From NCBI RefSeq assembly GCF_004010195.1, contig NC_057718.1, positions 34,253,318-34,307,034 on the forward strand: a stretch of DNA of 53,717 bases. The letters run 5' to 3'. This DNA comes from Chiloscyllium plagiosum (lineage: Eukaryota). Numbering within the stretch: position 1 is the first letter of the stretch; every line of letters begins with the position of its first letter. Shown piece after piece: positions 50,271 through 53,717 of the stretch. Made by a program: the position numbers and the translations under genes. The notes below the pieces were generated by a model. It did not search any database. It was not told the DNA's origin and worked only from the letters and a program-made list of their open reading frames with translations.

Positions 50271-50899
50271 GTAAAACCTATTCAGTCATTCACCCAATCA
50301 TCAACTCACCTTATTGCTTATATTAAAAGGCTGGACCTTCAAACTTACTGTACAGCAGCTATTGTAGTAAAAAGGAGAATGTCCCATCTTCCTGACTCAA
50401 CAGCATTCTGATGGATCTTTCTGAAAATCACCACACTGTGTATTTCTGTGAAAGCTGGGTTTGCCAGACCTTGGCAGGAAGAACAGCAATTTCAAGGTGG
50501 TGGAGTTTATAAGAATAGCTCATCATTGTCAGTGTTCAGAAGAAGTGAAATTATGGGTTTTAGTGCAATCCACTGCTCATATTATCACATTTACCATGAG
50601 GTTCTCATGAAAGACCCTTCTCTTCAACCTCTCTTCTTTCCTGAACTGTGGTGACCCTTAGGTTCAACCACCACGAGTGTCTCTCTCTGATGAAAGAGCA
50701 GCCCTATGGTCCTGTATGGCTATGATGCCTTGTAATTTTACCGTACAGTAGCCTTTGAACATATGCAGGCAATCAGATCCCACATTGCTTCCCTCAATGA
50801 TTTCTGGTTAACCTTCCAGTTGGCCGAGTATTATTTTGTGGCCAGGTATAAAACTGCTGTCTTTTGCAGCCTCTGTTATCTTGCACCTACACCTTGTAA

Positions 50900-51330
50900 C
50901 TTCCCTCCCACCCCTGCCGCACTTACAATTTCCCTGTCCTTTCCAGCCTCCCTCCAGCGTCTCTCTTTGCCGAATGCCTTTAGTGTCTTACTCTCTCCAT
51001 CTTCTACCACCACTCCTGTAGCATCTCCTCTATCTGTCCTCCAAACCAATCCTTGCAAATGCCTCTTCCCTTTGTTCTCCCATCACACTCCAGCATCACT
51101 CTCGCAATCTTCCCCCCCTTACCCTTGCAGATACTCTCTCTCTCTCTATCATCACCATTGACATCTGGACCCATTCCTCTGTCCTCCTTCCTCTTTCCGC
51201 TACTGAAGCCTCTCTCCTTTCTCTTCCTCCTTTTTCATCTTTATAGCCACCTCTATCTGTCTCTCTCCCTGCTTTTACCTTTGTAGCCTTTTTCCCTCCA
51301 CCTCTAACCTCTGTCTCTCTCTCCCACACT
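50900..51330. repeat. CT-rich low-complexity tract
   Basis: Strong pyrimidine skew on the plus strand. Confidence 0.8.
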
Positions 51331-51404
51331 GACCTGGCAACTAATATTTCTTCAGTTGGCTCTGGCCTGCCCTTGAACTGAGAGGTTTGGTACACCTTTT
51401 CAAA

Positions 51405-51665
51405 AGGGGAGTTGAGCGTTGTGGAGTCACATGTAGGGCAAACTAAGTAAGGATGCTAAATTTTGTTCCTCAAAGGACATTATGGAACTATATGGATTTT
51501 TATGCAAATCAATGATAGTTAATTGTCGCCATAATTGAGGCTTGTTTTATATTCTAGGTTTATTGACCACATTTGAATGGTGGAATTTGAACCATGTCCT
51601 CCGAGCATTGGTGTGGGCTTCTGGATGGCTGTCTGTTGATATTGCCATAATGCCATCCTCTCCAG
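51405..51665 (-). mobile_element. Older tRNA-derived SINE (same family as 7640-7972)
   Basis: ggagtcacatgtagggcaaactaagtaaggatg...aaaggacatta...gaatttgaacc. Confidence 0.6.
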
Positions 51666-52139
51666 CCACCACATGCTGACTCCTCATGTTTATACAGTTT
51701 TCAGTGATTCCAGCATTCTCTCTTCATGACAGTGGCTGCACAGACCCAGTTTCTGTATATATGGTTTTCTGATAAGACTTTGCATTTCAAATGTTGGAAT
51801 TGACCTTCTGAAACATAAATGATAATAGGTTTGACTTTGCTGGATATAAATAAAATGATTTCCTGCTCTCTTCAGTCCAAATTGTTTTGCCCTGTCTATT
51901 CTTGGGAGCTGGGAGCTGATAACAGCATGACAAGGCCAACAGGGCATCTGGAACATTGCTGAACAAGGGACCATTGGTGTATCATCTTAATCAATGTGAT
52001 TTCAAGCTTGGTAAATAGATATCATGGACAGTGAAGCAGATGAAAGGAGAGGAGAAAGAAAGAGTCAGAATAGAGAACGAAGGAAAAAAAATCAAACTAT
52101 ATTGTTAAACCTCTAAAATAATAATTCACGGGGGGATCT

Positions 52140-52150
52140 AAGATGGCGGC
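52140..52150 (+). promoter_or_regulatory. YY1-type motif at the L1 5' end
   Basis: AAGATGGCGGC about 10 nt after the G-run start, as in vertebrate L1 internal promoters. Confidence 0.6.
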
Positions 52151-52314
52151 GATCTGAGAAGATCACACTGCAGAGCTTCGCATCGCAGCAGGAGCAAGAT
52201 GGTCCTTTAACCCACCCAACCCAGGTCATCAGGATTTCTTGGGGTATTGGAAAGATTGTGGAGCCCCAAGAAACATTTAAAAATTGACTTACCTGTATTT
52301 TCAGCTGTCCAGAA

Positions 52315-53123
52315 ATGCCTAAAAAGGGAGGAGGAGCATCTGAGGCCAGGCCTGCAGCTCAGCCTGCAGCAGCCTCAGAGCAGATTACTCTCCAGGACCT
52401 GGTGAACCAGCTCTTGAAATCTCGCGAGATGTTGGGGAAACAGATTGAAGATAAGCTGGCTCCAGTCCCTCTCATGCTGCAGAAGCATGAGCAGCAGCTG
52501 GGAGACCTGGAGAAGAGGACGGATGAGATGGATCACAGGGTCACAGTGGTGGAAGCTGATGCCAGTTCATTCAAGGAATAGATCCAAGCCCTGAAGGCAC
52601 AGGTTCATAATTTGCGTGACTAAGTGGATGATCTTGCAAACAGTGCAGGAGAAAAAACATTCGGATCATCGGTCTGCCCAAGGGTAAGGAAGGTGAGCGG
52701 CCTGCGGAATTTGTTGAAGATTGGCTTCCGAAATTCCTTGACTTGGAGACTGGCATGAGAGGATTGAAGATAGAGAGGGCTCACCGGGTCACAGCACGGA
52801 GGTCGGGTCTGGGTCAAAGACCTCATCCTTTCCTGATGCGGTTCCATCATTACCGGGATAAGGAGAGAGTCATGGAGGCTTCCAGACTCCAGGGGAAGGA
52901 TCCAAAGGCCCTAATTTACGAGGGGTCTAAGATCATGTTTTTTCAAGACTTTTCAGTGGCGGTGATCCAGAAATGAAAATCGTATGATGGTGTCAAGAGA
53001 AGATTGAAGGAGCTTGGGATTCAGTACTCCCTGAGATATCCGGCAGTGCTTCGGATCACCTTAGATGGATCCATGCATCTCTTTGACACATCAGAGAAGG
53101 CAAGACAAACTAACCTAAGTTAA
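52315..53123 (+). pseudogene. L1 ORF1p (coiled coil, RRM, CTD), disrupted
   Basis: RRKNIRIIGLP, IERAHRV, RP.P..MRFHHYRDKE, FFQDFS, YSLRYPA; stops at 52579, 52621 and 52974 plus a frameshift near 52645. Confidence 0.9.
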
Positions 53124-53717
53124 ACAATTGTAGTATGTATAAATATCATTGCTTGGGTATGCGTTTATCATTCTGTAAAAGAAATGGAGGAAATCCGGTT
53201 GGAGCTTTGATTTTCCCCCTTATTTTTACCTCTATTGATAATAATTTGGTTCAAACTATGTCTGGCGGTGGTTAAGATGTACATTTTAAATTTCTAAGTT
53301 AGGACATACCAAGGATGGGTGGGGTATTTATTTCCCCTTTTCTTATAAAATAATGTTTTTTTTATTAATATTGATATTCTATGGGGTGTTTATTCTTTTT
53401 AGCTTGTGCTTGCGATGTGGCTCTAGCTGGGATAAGTAAAGGTGGTTGAGATGGTTTGATGCCTATTTATGGGCAGTTCGGGATGGGTAGTTGCCCCCTC
53501 TGGGCAGGGGGTGAGTTCCCCTACTCAGCGCTATTGGCACTTTATATGTTGGTTTGTTTTCTGGTTTTTGTTGTTTTTTATTTTTAATAATTTTGTATGT
53601 TTGTTAAATGTAGTGGTTTTAGTTTATGTAGTTTTTATATTTGGTGGATCATGTGACACTAAGGTTCAGCAATTTGTGGTTTGGGTTCCTCCTCTCTGGA
53701 ATTTAAATGTAATTGCA

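Larger units (their letters stand above)
52130..53717 (+). mobile_element. L1-clade LINE 5' portion (5' UTR, ORF1, T-rich spacer), probably continuing past the window
   Basis: Starts ggggggatctaagatggcggcg; ORF1 motifs present; long T/G-rich spacer follows. Confidence 0.88.

Noticed and set aside
50763..51395. ORFs in the CT-rich tract
   Set aside because: Low-complexity composition suppresses stop codons.
1..53717. Prokaryotic systems (CRISPR arrays, operons, defence islands)
   Set aside because: The sequence is vertebrate repeat-rich DNA with no repeat-spacer array or dense gene packing.

Overview
Repeat-dense eukaryotic DNA, inferred to be from a shark because it carries the HE1 SINE / HER1 CR1-LINE pair (probably a carpet or bamboo shark). 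It looks like a large intron or intergenic region. Recognisable content is almost all retroelements: one near-full-length but disrupted HER1/CR1 LINE (2354-6463, with an assembly gap), many CR1-group 3' fragments, about 10 HE1-type SINE copies, older SINEs, a decayed L1 5' end (52130 to window end), a Tx1-like 3' end, LTR remnants, and at least three Penelope-like (PLE) families. I could not name any intact host gene and cannot claim a confirmed new system. The best leads are: (i) very short PLE termini, most carrying a minimal hammerhead-ribozyme core, inserted with 10-16 bp target duplications; (ii) a 2.6-kb PLE composite that appears to enclose about 700 bp of unrelated genomic DNA between one pair of 15-bp duplications; (iii) a candidate minus-strand gene start near 39.6-40.0 kb (signal-peptide-like exon, 89-nt intron, Ser/Thr-rich exon). 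Family names come from recalled motifs, not database searches, and repeat boundaries are approximate.
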